From NCBI GenBank assembly GCA_030248215.1, contig JASANG010000440.1:248001-312000 (forward strand): DNA of 64,000 nucleotides. The letters run 5' to 3'. Position numbers and translations under genes: made by a program. This document shows positions 52,255-64,000 of the stretch, piece by piece; position 1 is the stretch's first letter, and every line of letters begins with the position of its first letter. Source of the DNA: Enoplolaimus lenunculus. Taxonomy: Eukaryota. Under the pieces are notes generated by a model. That model ran no database searches and was not told the DNA's origin. It worked only from the letters and a program-made list of their open reading frames with translations.

Positions 52255-53698
52255 CAGTGTTTATTGTATGAAATTGTGAGGGTAAACCAGAGCCACTACG
52301 CCTAATATTTCAAGTTTCGACTCCTACAGACAAAGAAGTATTTCTGAATTTATTCAGAAAAGTGTTTTCTGTGGCAAATCTGAAAAGTTTTGCTGATATT
52401 TAAGACAATTTTTCCAAAAATAACTGGAAAAAGTTTATTTTCAGACTTTATTTCAAATCGTTTTTTGAAAACATTTCTGTTATAACAGAAATACTTTTCA
52501 AGTGCACCTTGCTAATCATATTTCTCAAATGTAAAAAATTTTTCCTTAAATATCAGAAATATTATTTTGAGTGTAAATGTGAAAGCTCATTGAGAATTAG
52601 TGAGAGCTAAGCAGACGTGTGTAGGATAGTCACGAAGCAAAAACACAATTCAAGGGTATTTTGATGCAGGATTCCTCATCGGCTTCTCCTTGGCTATGGG
52701 CTTGGTTGTAACTTGCGCTCTTTATGAAATGGATCATTTAGGAGTTTGGGGAAAACCTTAGCTCTCCTTAGGCAGAAGATAATAAAAATCCAGAAATACA
52801 CTTTTGGGACAGGGACACTCGTTCGTTATAGGGTCAAAAATTAATAAAAATCAAAGAATGGTTTTTTAAAAGTTTGGTATTTTCAGGTTCAAATTAATTT
52901 GGCGGACGGAAAATATTAATTTCGAAATTTTTCCGAAAGTTTTTCTATCTTTTCATTTAACAAGGGTCTCGCTTTATAACCAACAATCTTTGAACAAAAA
53001 CAAGACATATATAGTTTGACGTTGTTTAACGAGTCACACACTGGTGTATTTTTTCATTATCACACCACCCGACAAAAATAGCATCACAACAACTCCAAAT
53101 TCGTCATCGATATCTCGTATCCTGGTACAAGCGGATGTCTGCCTCCCGCTCCGGCAGTAAGTCGTCCTCCGTCTCAGGCAGAATTTTTGCCGGAAGTTCC
53201 AATAATTTCGGTAATGAAATTTTGCAGTTTTACAAAATTTATCTTTTTAGTGCCTTTCGTTTTACATTTGAACCAAATTTGAGAAAAGAATTGCGAGGTT
53301 CGTTAAAAATAAGCACTAAACCAAACGATTTAGCGACACATTACAGATATTGGCTCAAGCTTAAAATTAATAAACATTTTAACCCTAATTTTGTTTCACC
53401 TCCGGCTCCGACAAGTTTTTGTTGACCTCCGGATCCGGTCCGGTACATCTCCGGTTGCAAACAGTGTCTTGTAACTCAAAGAGTATGCTTTTCATAGTTT
53501 TACTGTGACAGATTAATATTAATTTACAGTTTGTAACCAAATTCAAGCAGTTGCCAACTTTCAAAAATTGCGTAGCACTAAAATAATCAAGACTGAAATT
53601 CACGAAAAAAGCGTTTGAAACTTTAATTTTTTCTGAAAACCTAATTTTTTGTTGCAAAAATTACTTTCTAATTTTCAGCGTTTAAAGCTATTCAAACA

Positions 53699-53920
53699 AT
53701 GGCTCGATTCAGTTTTCTCGCGTTGACCGCCTGTGTCGCACTTGTACTACTGATTTCAATACCGCAAAACTCTGAGTGTCTGGACATTGGTCTGTCGTGT
53801 CCAGTTGCGATTCATGATAGCTTGAGTGCTTGTCGGGATCATGCTGCGTCTAATTGTCAAGGTGCTGGTACCTGCTCTCCTCATAGCTCCATGCCAGGAA
53901 AATACACGTGTAGATGCTAG
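53699..53920 (+). CDS. Secreted 6-Cys peptide, paralog 2 (73 aa)
   Basis: Same signal peptide architecture and Cys spacing as 48531-48749; shared motifs LDIGL.CPV..HDSLSAC..HAASNC and MPGKY.C.C, with many synonymous differences. Confidence 0.9.
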   Translation: MARFSFLALTACVALVLLISIPQNSECLDIGLSCPVAIHDSLSACRDHAASNCQGAGTCSPHSSMPGKYTCRC

Positions 53921-55055
53921 CAATTAAAGGTAAATATTCTATGATTGCTTTCGATCCCCACAATCAGCAACTCAGCTTCGAAAATTTTTTAGGAGGAATC
54001 AGATTTCATAGGATTCACAAGCTGGGTTTGATATATTCTATAGGAGGGGGAAAATTTAGCGACAAGAGACTGTGCGTGTCTTTTAATAAAAATACTGGCT
54101 GCAAAGAACTAGTTTCAATATCAAAACTGCAAAAAGTTATAAATTCTTCACAAGATTCCGTCTACTGGACATGGATCTCACGTTTATGCCATGATAAATA
54201 AAGCTGAAAGTAACCCATGCGAGTTATAGCTGAGAGACTTCGCGCTACAAAACTATCTACTGCGGACTTTAACTGTGCTTTTGTTTCAGGGCTAATTTCA
54301 AAGCGCCATGAAGCGTTTCGCTCGAGTTAGAAAACGTTGATTCGTGTAACTGCAGTTGTAGATGCTATAGTATTAGAACTGTGAATAAAATATTGAATGT
54401 GTTATCGTAGCTTTCATTTGCTATTACAGGTACAGTTGTATTTTTAATGTATTAAGCTAAGAAGACAGCATTCGCCAACACCATGCGCAATGCGAAATCT
54501 TTATTGAAACTTACCAACAAAACAAAGAAAAATTTGGGCCAAATAAGAACTGAGTAGTTCTTATTTCGCATCGGATCAACGGCCCATGTTACTTTAAGTT
54601 GTGTCCAGGTTTCTGGCGCGTCTATAAAAGAGTAGGTTTTGGTTCCAGATTACTTTTTTGTTGCTTAGGCTTAGCAACACATTTTTTGCAACGCTTAGGC
54701 GGCCCTAAAAGTAACATTGACCGGATCAACAGTCAATTAAATATGGCCCATGTAAAAATCAGGGGCGGAGAGTTTTTCTCGTTTGTATCTTAAAGCAACC
54801 TGCTTATATCGGGCACATCAACCTGCTTAGATCGGGCTAAACTTCTCACGCTGACTGAAGTGAGAAACTTACAAAAAGTAAGAAATTTCGTTAATTATGA
54901 GTAATTCCGTCTATTATGACTTTACATCAACCACTACTTTAGCTCGACCACGGCGAACGCCGTTTTAAGCAACAAAATGTAACATTAACAATACAATCAA
55001 TAATAATATGAATTTACAAATTCAAAACAACGGTTGCCATCACAATTTGTAAAAA

Positions 55056-58000
55056 TCATCGTCGAAACGAATTATTGGAATATGATCCGGAGCCATAATT
55101 GTTATAACCTCCGCCAACGCCACCATCACTAGAGTTCAGAGCAAGATCCAAATATCGTGTGCCTGCAAATAAAAACACGTACACAAAATAAAATCACTTC
55201 AAGTAATTTTTCACTTTTGAATATGAATTTAAATTTCACTTCATGGTATCAAGAGTGCATGATACAAGAGCGTGCAACTCTTGGGATTCCGCATGATGCA
55301 AAATGTACCACCGGGTGCTGCGTTTTTGACCGACCCCCCTTGTTTAGAGGAAGGTCGCTATCACATGAATACCTGTAAATTAAACTATAACTGGAACATG
55401 TTTGACGCCGCATACATAAAGTGCCATGGTTCGCACCGGTTGTACCGCCCTCTAAATAAAGTGGTGGCAGTGCAAAAACGCAACGCTCGCCGGATACATT
55501 CTTTTCTACATGGAATGCACCCAGTTGCACATTTTTGTAGTATAGCGATTATCTTGATGGTTTCAAATAGTTGTTTTTTCATTGCTGAACCTATATAATA
55601 CCAGGTATCGGTTTAAAAGTAATATGGACCGGTATCGTTATTTTATCCCATGTTAATTATAGGGCGTACGCGTACTTACTGAGACTCAGGGAGAACTTAA
55701 AGTCTGGGAAGCAACTGTTACATCTAGGCTTAGCGAGAAAGCTTCTACAGCTAACATGACTCGATATTTTTATAAGCACCCCGATATATTTAGTGTTGTC
55801 ATATTTCTCTGTTAGAAGATTGTGTTAAAATTTGAACAGCGTTCAGAAATGTGCACTCATTTCATGAGGCAGTGTCGAAAATCTATCGACGTGTAAAGCC
55901 AACCATCCAAGAAAAACGAACAAACAATCACTTACCCATATAAAGACCATCCTTTCGCATAGCTTGCACAGCGTCGTCGTGTGAATAGAATTCAACATTC
56001 GCTTCACCGTTCGGCTGAGACCGAGTATCAAATCCCATTGCTACATTTTTCACGATTACTGGCATGAAAAACTGAAATTAAACATCAACCCAAGATTTAT
56101 ACACCATTCCAGGGATGGGAGTCTGGGTCTCGGTCTCGGTTGTCTGAGTCTCGGTGGTTAGGAATCGAGACCAGAGATCGAGAATTCAGCAAACGTATCA
56201 CTGTGCTGTTAAAGTAGGTAAAACCTGATGAATAAAATTTCGCTGTGAATCTATGAATTTTCAAGGCTCACAAAAAGTATGAACAGATATTTTGAAAAAA
56301 CACAAAAAACTACAAAAAAACCTATTAGAAATAAGTATTTTATTTTGAAAATTTAAACCTTTTTCGGTGATGATCAAAAATTGACTCAGACCGTTTCTTT
56401 ACTTTCATTTTCAACACAATGCCAAAAATCTACTCGAAATTATAAATCACCAATCTCACCTCTTTGACATCTTTTTCCGTTGCGCTGAACGGCATACCTC
56501 GAACAAATACATAGTGACCAGCTCCTCCGCTGCCAGTACCGCCGCTACCACCGCCACCAACATTTCTGGTCATTCCACCATAGCCGCCTGAAACTCATCG
56601 AGACTATCACAAACTAATGATACAAACCGGCTAAATTATCAAGTATTTACTAATTTTCATCTTAAGGTATAAGTATACGCCAGAAAGCTTTCACAGGAAC
56701 GCTAGATGACACCCCTTCACTGGCGGACCCAAGTCGAGCGCCAATCCGTCCTAGACACACAACAGGAGGCAAAATCAAAGATTTTGTAAAAGACGTTTGG
56801 ATTTTAACTGGGTGGTACGCTTACGATTCCTTTTCCACTATTATATCCCGTGCTGTCCCGCCTTTGTTTACAAATTTCTGGACGCAACACATCCTATATT
56901 TAACCCGTTTAACTATCAACCGATTGAATATTTTCCATTAACCAGATGTTTCAATTGAGCAACGACCGAGTTTAAACAGCCATCGTACCCACATTTCTAA
57001 ACGCCAAACGTCTCAATCGAGCCAAACGTTGCTCAGACCTTAGCGTCCCGCAGACCTGAATCGAGATTTGTAAATAACATCTTTAGTCATTAGAAATAGT
57101 TTAGCAAACAGCCAAACCGCGACAGTTATAAATATTAAAATTCACATAGTAATACTGTTGTAACATGAAGCGTAAGATGTGCTAAATTTTTACCTTGACA
57201 ACCACTTCTTAGTTTAAATGTTACACGACCAATGATCAACACTGTGATCGAGCTACTAATCTCAGTTACCAATCCTCCAAACAACACCACTCTACTTACC
57301 ACCACCGCCGCCTCGTCGATAACCTCCTGCATACGACGACGTATAGCCACGGCCTCCTCCTCCTCCGCCTCGTCTTGGTCCCGAATAATTATTCGATCCA
57401 GACCCTCCGCCAAACCCATACGACGAATTCGACATCGCGCCACCTCCTCCGTACGACCCACCCGGGCCTCCTGACCGCAGGGGACCAGTGATCGGCGCGT
57501 ATGACCCAGGTCCACTCCCACCACCTGCATTCATAAACGGAGACGACGCTCGATACGAGCGATATTCAAAATCACGTGATGCCGCAGCGGCACCGCCAGG
57601 GCCACTAAACGATCCAACACCACTGTTTCCGCTTCCGTATACGGGCGGAGGGCCGCCAGAGCCGCCGCCGGATCCGGTATCGACGCGATGCCGTGACAAT
57701 TTTTGCATCATTTCACGTCGATCGGTTTTGAATAATTCAATATACCTAAAACATAAAAATTACTATACACTTACCTGAACACAATATTCAAACAAGAAAG
57801 CTAAAAATAAATTAATAAGTTTTATTTGAATCAGATGTTCATTGTAAGAAAAACTAAACGTCAAACGACTCGATTAGACAAAATATGTATAAAACACAAT
57901 TAAGTCAAAGTCAAATGTATACCCGGGTCCACTGCTAATAAATTGCACAAATATAATATTCGAAATATAATTCTCTGTTTGAATTTAACTCCATGTCTAA

Positions 58001-61000
58001 CATTTTAAGCTATGTTACTAGCAGGGACGGGCTGTCTCACCCGGTCACGCGAAGTCTCGGGATTTCGCTGGTCCCGGCCTCGATCTCGTTTTTTCTGAGT
58101 CTCCGTGGTTTGCAATTCGAAACCAAAAAGTGAAAAAGCGATAAGCAGTTACTATCAGCAGAGCTAGTTTGAGTTAACGAATGGGCGTAACAATGTTTTG
58201 CTTATATTTTGAACTAAATGTATATACGCGAACCACTTAAAATTGGGTACCTGTTCACTTCCATCCAAGCTCACTGTTTTAATAGAAGACAAAGGTTCCC
58301 CCAAAGTGATTATTTTACTACATTATGACATGGATGGCTTATGCTTAGGTTCACGTGTCAGCTTAGGCCGGCATGGGCGTGAGGAAGTAAACAAGTGAAT
58401 AAAAGTGCAGGGCACAAGCAAAATGAATGAGCTTTTTGCAGTTGATCACCAAGTGGTACAAAATGTACCTTTGGGCGTTGCGTTTTTGGCCGATACTCCC
58501 CTTTTATTAGAGGGGAGGTTGCTGTCACATGCGATAACCCTAAATTAAATTTTAAGCTTAGCAATTTGTTGCCGGATACATAAAGTGGCATGATTCGCAT
58601 AGGTTGTACACCCTTCTGAATAGAGGAGTAGGCCAAAACGCAACGCGTGCCGGGTACATTCTTTTCTACACAGAATGTACCCAGTTGCATACTGTTGTTG
58701 AAGTATGCATCATCCGCTCTTGGTGCTACACATACTTGCCACTATTCAGCCACATATCATAAACTATTAAGCATATCAAACTACAAACACGGGGCACGTA
58801 CTTTGAGAGCAATCTTGGATGCCCCCCTCCTAGAACCCCCTCCACCACAATGCAGCCTTTGTGTGAAACTTGCCCAAAACAGCCAATTTACAACCTGACG
58901 CATTGTTTCCGTTCAAAGATTACGAACTCTTTTTGCAATAAACAGCACCGCCCATGGCGACTGACTCACGAATAAATCAGTGATCGAATCCGTCAAACCT
59001 ACCGATATCAATGTCATAACTTACAATTCTGCTGATAAAACCAGTCTTGAAAATTCGCCCACCAGATTTTTCATATACAAACTCACCCCACCACCAGTAA
59101 GCGTTCCAGGTTTCAAGCAGCATCTGTGTATTTTAGCGCGAAAACAAAACTACTGATGCTGATATTTTCCTTATCGCAAAACGTTTTTTGAAACCACACC
59201 TACCCAGCATGGCTTAGCCTTAGAGACGCCGGTTTCAAACCAGAAACATCTACAACGGTAACACACTTCTAAACAACCCGTCAAAAAAGCCATAATTCTA
59301 TATTACCACCCTGCCCTTACGAACAACAGCCCCACCCAACTTTCACTCCTCTGAACACATGGTATCCTGCTTTCATCTGACCCCCAACCCAACCGTCGCC
59401 GGTACAGCCAGCCCAAGGCATTCCTGGGAAGGATCGTAGTACCAAACGGTGTGACAGAACTCAACCAAGTAACCGTTGCGAACCCAACCTGCGTCCAATA
59501 CGTTCCCGGTCACGTCCTAACGCACGATCACGTGTCTGCTCGTCCTCAAATTCAACAAACGCATCGCCACTTTGACGCCCATTTTGGTCCAGAAGTATCA
59601 TTATTCCATCGGGGACGATAGTGCAGCCTACAAATAAAAAATTTTACAAAAACAGAGGATTGTTTTTTGTTTTGCGGCATTCGCAATAATCATTAATTAC
59701 ACCGAGATTGAATGATGTCTATCCAGACTGCGCAACACAATAAAATCGGTATACAAAAGAATGCACCCGTGCTGCGTTGCGATTTTGTGCTACCCTCTCA
59801 CATCTTTCGGGTTAAGTTTGCTTTAGTAGAAATTCTGGCTGTAACAGAAATAGGTATCGATAATTTATGAGATTTGAGACCTGGAACGAAAAATATTGAT
59901 TTATACAAGTTATTTAAAATTGCAAGCAAATATTGCTCAGCATTGTTCGATTGGGCTTGTTTACAATTGAATTCATAGACGCAGAACATTTGTTGCCACT
60001 CTGTTCCAAAGCGCAACCGGATCGAAACTTAATGCAAATAACAGTGGGTTGGAATTAGGCATGTGCCGATACCAAAATTTTGTTGATGCCAATGCCGATT
60101 CTTATTTTGAATACGCATCGGTATCGGCATCTTTTCAAAATAAAAATCAGCATCGGTACTTTCCTAGCAAGTATATAGTACTTAATTTGCGTAACTATGT
60201 TTAACTTTTTGATGAAATGTGCATCTAAAAATCTGGCTCCGACAACTACCGGAGCTGGATATTGAAGTATCCGACTCAGGTTCTGATATTTTTAAGTATA
60301 TATTCGGTTGAACTCTGCTTATTTCACATCAAGTGTTGGCGTCGGTCTGTTAGTCATACCTCGGAAAAATTCTACAATTTCGTCTTTGATAACACCAAAT
60401 GGCAATCCGCGAAGTTTCAAAATAGTCGCTGCTTCATCTGTACGTCGATTGAGTACACGATCACGTTCACGAACTGACGAGGCTATCACTAAAAACAAAA
60501 AATGACAAGTTATCGGTGCCGAATTGTAAATCTATGTCCCAATTTTCAATTCTGTGTAAAGAGAACCTCAACACTATATACGGTTCCTCCATGTTTTTAC
60601 TGCAGCTGCATATGAAGGCATTACATATGCATCAGCGTTTTAACCGATTTGACATGCGGATGCATGGAGGCAAAATGAAATCTCATGCAAATGGTGCATA
60701 TCGGTAAAACGTTAATGCATGTGTAGTGCCTTCATATGCAAAAAGCGTTAAAAACATGGAAGAACCAAGATACATGTGTATGTTGAGGTTCTTGTAAGGC
60801 ATAAAAACAGAAAAACTCAGTAGTTGATTGTGACACGGCGTGGCTCAGTGTCTAGCGCGCTGGACTGATACTCTGCCGACAGAGTTCGAAACCTCCTGGG
60901 AACGTCCCTCATTTTCAGCTGCTGAGAACTCAGGGCTAAAAACCGTCGTACTCAAGTCTACCTAACTTATCACAACCGATGCGCAGTATCAGCATGAGGT

Positions 61001-62407
61001 TGATTTCGCCTTCATGCATCCGCATATCAGACTAAGTATATCTCACAGCTGCTGAGAACTCAGGGCTAAAAACCGTCGTACCCAAGCCTACATAATTTAT
61101 CACAACCGATGCGCAGTATCAGCATGAGGTTTATTTTGCCTTCATGCATCCGATGTCAGACTAAGTATATCTCAAACTAGACATTGCTGAAAATGAACAA
61201 ATAAACACGTGAGCAGAGTTACTGAGTTATATACCTTCAATATAGCGTTTTCCCATGTATTCGCGATTTTTTCGAAGGGCTGAACGAAACATGGTGTAAT
61301 TATCAAATTCAAGCCAACATTCACCATCTGGTTTATCGTCTTTAGAGGTAAATTGCATCGAAACAACACCGTCAGCAGCATCTATTAAAACACAATCAAA
61401 CAAAAATCACACAAAACCTAAACTTAAGAGATCACCAATAACCGCACTGTAAGCATGTGCATGTGACACATGCTTGTCCTAGGGCATATATATGCAATAA
61501 ATGCAATGCATATTGTGTTGTATGCTTGCTGGCGGAATACGGTCGACTCATATAGTCGACGAACAATGCAGTTGGATAGGCGGGCAGCGTGGCGCAGTGG
61601 TAGAGTATTCGCTTAAGAATCCGTTCGCTGAGCGTTCGATTCCCGCTCCAGAGGCCCGCTTTCCAGCTGCTTAGTGAAAAGGTCGATGTCCCGGTTCCTA
61701 CCTAGATTGACATGGGGGCAACGCCGTGAGCGCAATGGTAAATTGCCGAGCTATGAACACGGTATCCAGTCGAAAATAGGGTGAACGATCAAGGGACGAC
61801 CTTGTTGAAAATTAAGGCTTGTAAGCATGACACATGCTTGTTTTGGTGCATATGCAATAAATGCAATGCATATTGTTATATGCTTGCTGGCAGCAGACGG
61901 TAGACACATTTAGTCGACGAAAATTGCAGTTGGACGCAGTGATTGCGTCTTTGCTTAAGAATCCGTAGGTTGAAAGTTAAATCCTCGTTCCAGAGGCCCA
62001 CTTTTCCAGCTGCTTACTTAAAATGTCTGAAGTCCCGGTTCCTACCTAGATCGACACGCACTATAACCACTGTAAAATTTGAACAATAATGAATATTTCT
62101 GCACAACTAGCCGCTGCATCGTCAAACTACATCTGACATAAACTGAAACTGTCAATATGTACCTACCTGCAAGGAACCGTTTCACATCCTTTTCGGTAGC
62201 GCTATATGGCATGCCTTTTAAATGCACAATATACGAACGCAAATCAACACGATGTGGACTTCTTGAATAATGACGAACATTACCAGCAGGCGTTACGGGT
62301 CCAGCCACGGCTCGATTTGGAGAATACGAGCGAGACCGGGAGCGAGAACGCGATTGGCTAACGGATCTTGAAGGCGAACGAGACAACATGTCACCACTAC
62401 GTGTCAT
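55056..62407 (-). CDS. hnRNP F/H (glorund/GRSF1)-family RNA-binding protein: N-terminal RS tract, two qRRMs and Gly-rich regions, 398 aa predicted
   Basis: Phase-consistent exons 62407-62167, 59627-59489, 57745-57300, 56587-56460, 56071-55936 and 55162-55056. qRRM motifs VHLKGMPYSATEKDV, GRQSGDAFVEF, IGRRYIELF, VRGMPFSATEKDV, GEANVEF, MGTRYLDL. Confidence 0.9.
55272..55530. mobile_element. Intronic MITE-like repeat; second copy at about 58436-58690
   Basis: Shared blocks aaaatgtacc..gcgtttttg.ccga, catacataaagtg.catg and acattc.tttctaca..gaatg.acccagttgca; tgcaact/agttgca ends. Confidence 0.6.
60590..61170 (+). mobile_element. Repeat family T2 copy, with a 3' duplication of about 130 bp
   Basis: gtggctcagtgtctagcgcgctggact...gttcgaaacc at about 60840-60893; cagctgctgagaactcagggct occurs at about 60916 and again at about 61046. 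Confidence 0.65.
61448..62056 (+). mobile_element. Two tandem copies of repeat family T1 with a tRNA-like core
   Basis: A box tggcgcagtgg at about 61590 and B box gttcgattcc at about 61634; a second degenerate copy starts at about 61820; a related minus-strand tRNA-like relic lies at about 63865-63933. Confidence 0.7.
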
Positions 62408-64000
62408 TACATGAACAATACTGTGTATATTAGTTCAATTTTGGTATATAATGACCTATAAGTTATGGTTTACATTCGTAAAAATCTTGTCAAATGTCAG
62501 ACATCAGATTTTTCATTAAAAGCAAACGTATATACTGCAAATAATTTACCTAAATACAGCTAATGTTCCAAGCAAGCCAACTTCGCAATCAGAACTAAAC
62601 CCACTAACATCGATGCATCATTAACTCACAAAGCAAATACAAAGGGCTGACATAAACAATATTTGTGAAATAAATCCATTTTGTTCATTTGTTTCGTTAT
62701 TAAAATATGGTGAAACACATCTAGCTATGTTATTGCTGAGAGTGCTAACAAAACAAAGTTGGTTTTTTGATGATACATTTAAAAGGTATTCGTGATAGTT
62801 AAGCGTTTTTCAGGTAAACCACAAAGTGGCTAAGTAGGCAATCTGAAGGATAGGTTTTTGGAAAACGAGAAGCGGGGAAAATTTAAATGCCTAGATTCTC
62901 CTTCGGCCTGCAGGGATTTCGACACGAATAGGTTTTTCTAAAACCGCCCCACTACACCACATTCTCAGCATATATGGAGGTCATGGGACTGCAACCACAC
63001 CTTGACCTTGGGTGTGCAGATGTAAACAGGAGTGCATATGATTGCACTAACGGTATATTTCTGTCTTGGGATCATAGGACGGCTTTTATCGTATTAAACA
63101 TCGGCCGGCGTTTTGAATTCCGGCAATTTTGTAGTTTTCCCTTTTTCCCTACACAAGTATGGAAGTAACTTTTTTTACTTGCAACATAAAATGTTTTGTT
63201 TTCCTGTTTTAAAACTAGCGTCTAGGGAAAATGTTTGGCAACTTTGCGTTGTGTTCCGTTTTAGAACCGCTTAGTGGGAGGGGCTTGGTGCGGGCGTCAT
63301 CCCCAATCCTGCCTAGTATATCTACAAATTGGCCCAGTTTCACTTAATATAAATGAAAGATAGTAGCGGGGTGAACATTTTCCAATGTTTGTAAAAAACT
63401 AGAATAGTCCCTGCATTCTATCCGTTTTAAATTTTCCAGTTTTCCTGTTTTCCATACAGGGAATATCATACGCTTAAATTTCCACGTTTCCCGTTTTTCA
63501 AACAAACTAGGCACTACAGAGTTTCTCTACCGAACCAGGGAATACCAATTATCCAGGCTCAGATTATCACGAGCTTATCTACAGGGGAAGCTGGGGGTCT
63601 ACATTATAACTAGGGGTTACGCCAAACCTCATTTGAAATCAGAAATATTTTTGTTTAATAAAATAATGAATTCTAAAAACTACGTAGTTTCTGTTAGCAG
63701 CACTGATAAACCAAACATAAGTTTAGCTTAATCTCGCCATAAACTAAAAATATGTCAGTTTCAATTAAACTTAAAATTCTACTTTTCAGACGGTCCAATT
63801 CTAGATTTTAGTAAGCTATAATTTAAGTGTAACTTTTTAGAAGATAGCTGGAGAAGCGGATTACAGGTGGAGTCGAACAAAGCGGCTTATGGATCCTTGG
63901 GCAAACGCTCTACCACTGTGTCACGCTCACGCAGCAGGGCCATAGCCATTTGGGGGAAGAACGATGGCTCAGCCACGCTGGAAACAGTTTGAGCCTCCGC

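Noticed and set aside
53040..53470. GC-richer coding-like patch between the peptide genes
   Set aside because: The frames are short with no recognisable motif, and the patch lies in the putative 5'-UTR intron of paralog 2.

Overview
AT-rich, intron-containing animal genomic DNA. It is probably a nematode: TTTCAG/TTTTAG acceptors predominate and dispersed TTAGGC repeats are common (inference). Genes assembled by hand from splice signals: the last exon of a Ly6/uPAR-like membrane protein (+), a FASTK/RAP-domain-like gene (-), a 9-finger TFIIIA-like gene with a decayed RTE LINE in intron 1 (-), a secreted protein gene at 16326-26520 (-), two paralogous 6-Cys secreted peptides (+), and a two-qRRM hnRNP F/H-like gene (-). 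The main result concerns the 8-kb 'ORF desert' at 17.3-25.7 kb, which looks like satellite DNA. It is an array of 23 frame-preserving 72-nt exons (24 aa each, e.g. K-NLKDKLENEAAMPTNGYNFNLDY) that joins the 25900-26559 and 16326-16697 ORFs into one predicted 835-aa protein. Also notable are an apparently circularly permuted finger order in the TFIIIA-like protein, a 6.3-kb 18-bp array with coding-like variation next to a 170-bp inverted repeat, a candidate poison exon among G-runs in the hnRNP F/H-like gene, and many small non-autonomous elements. All gene models are unverified by transcripts or database searches.
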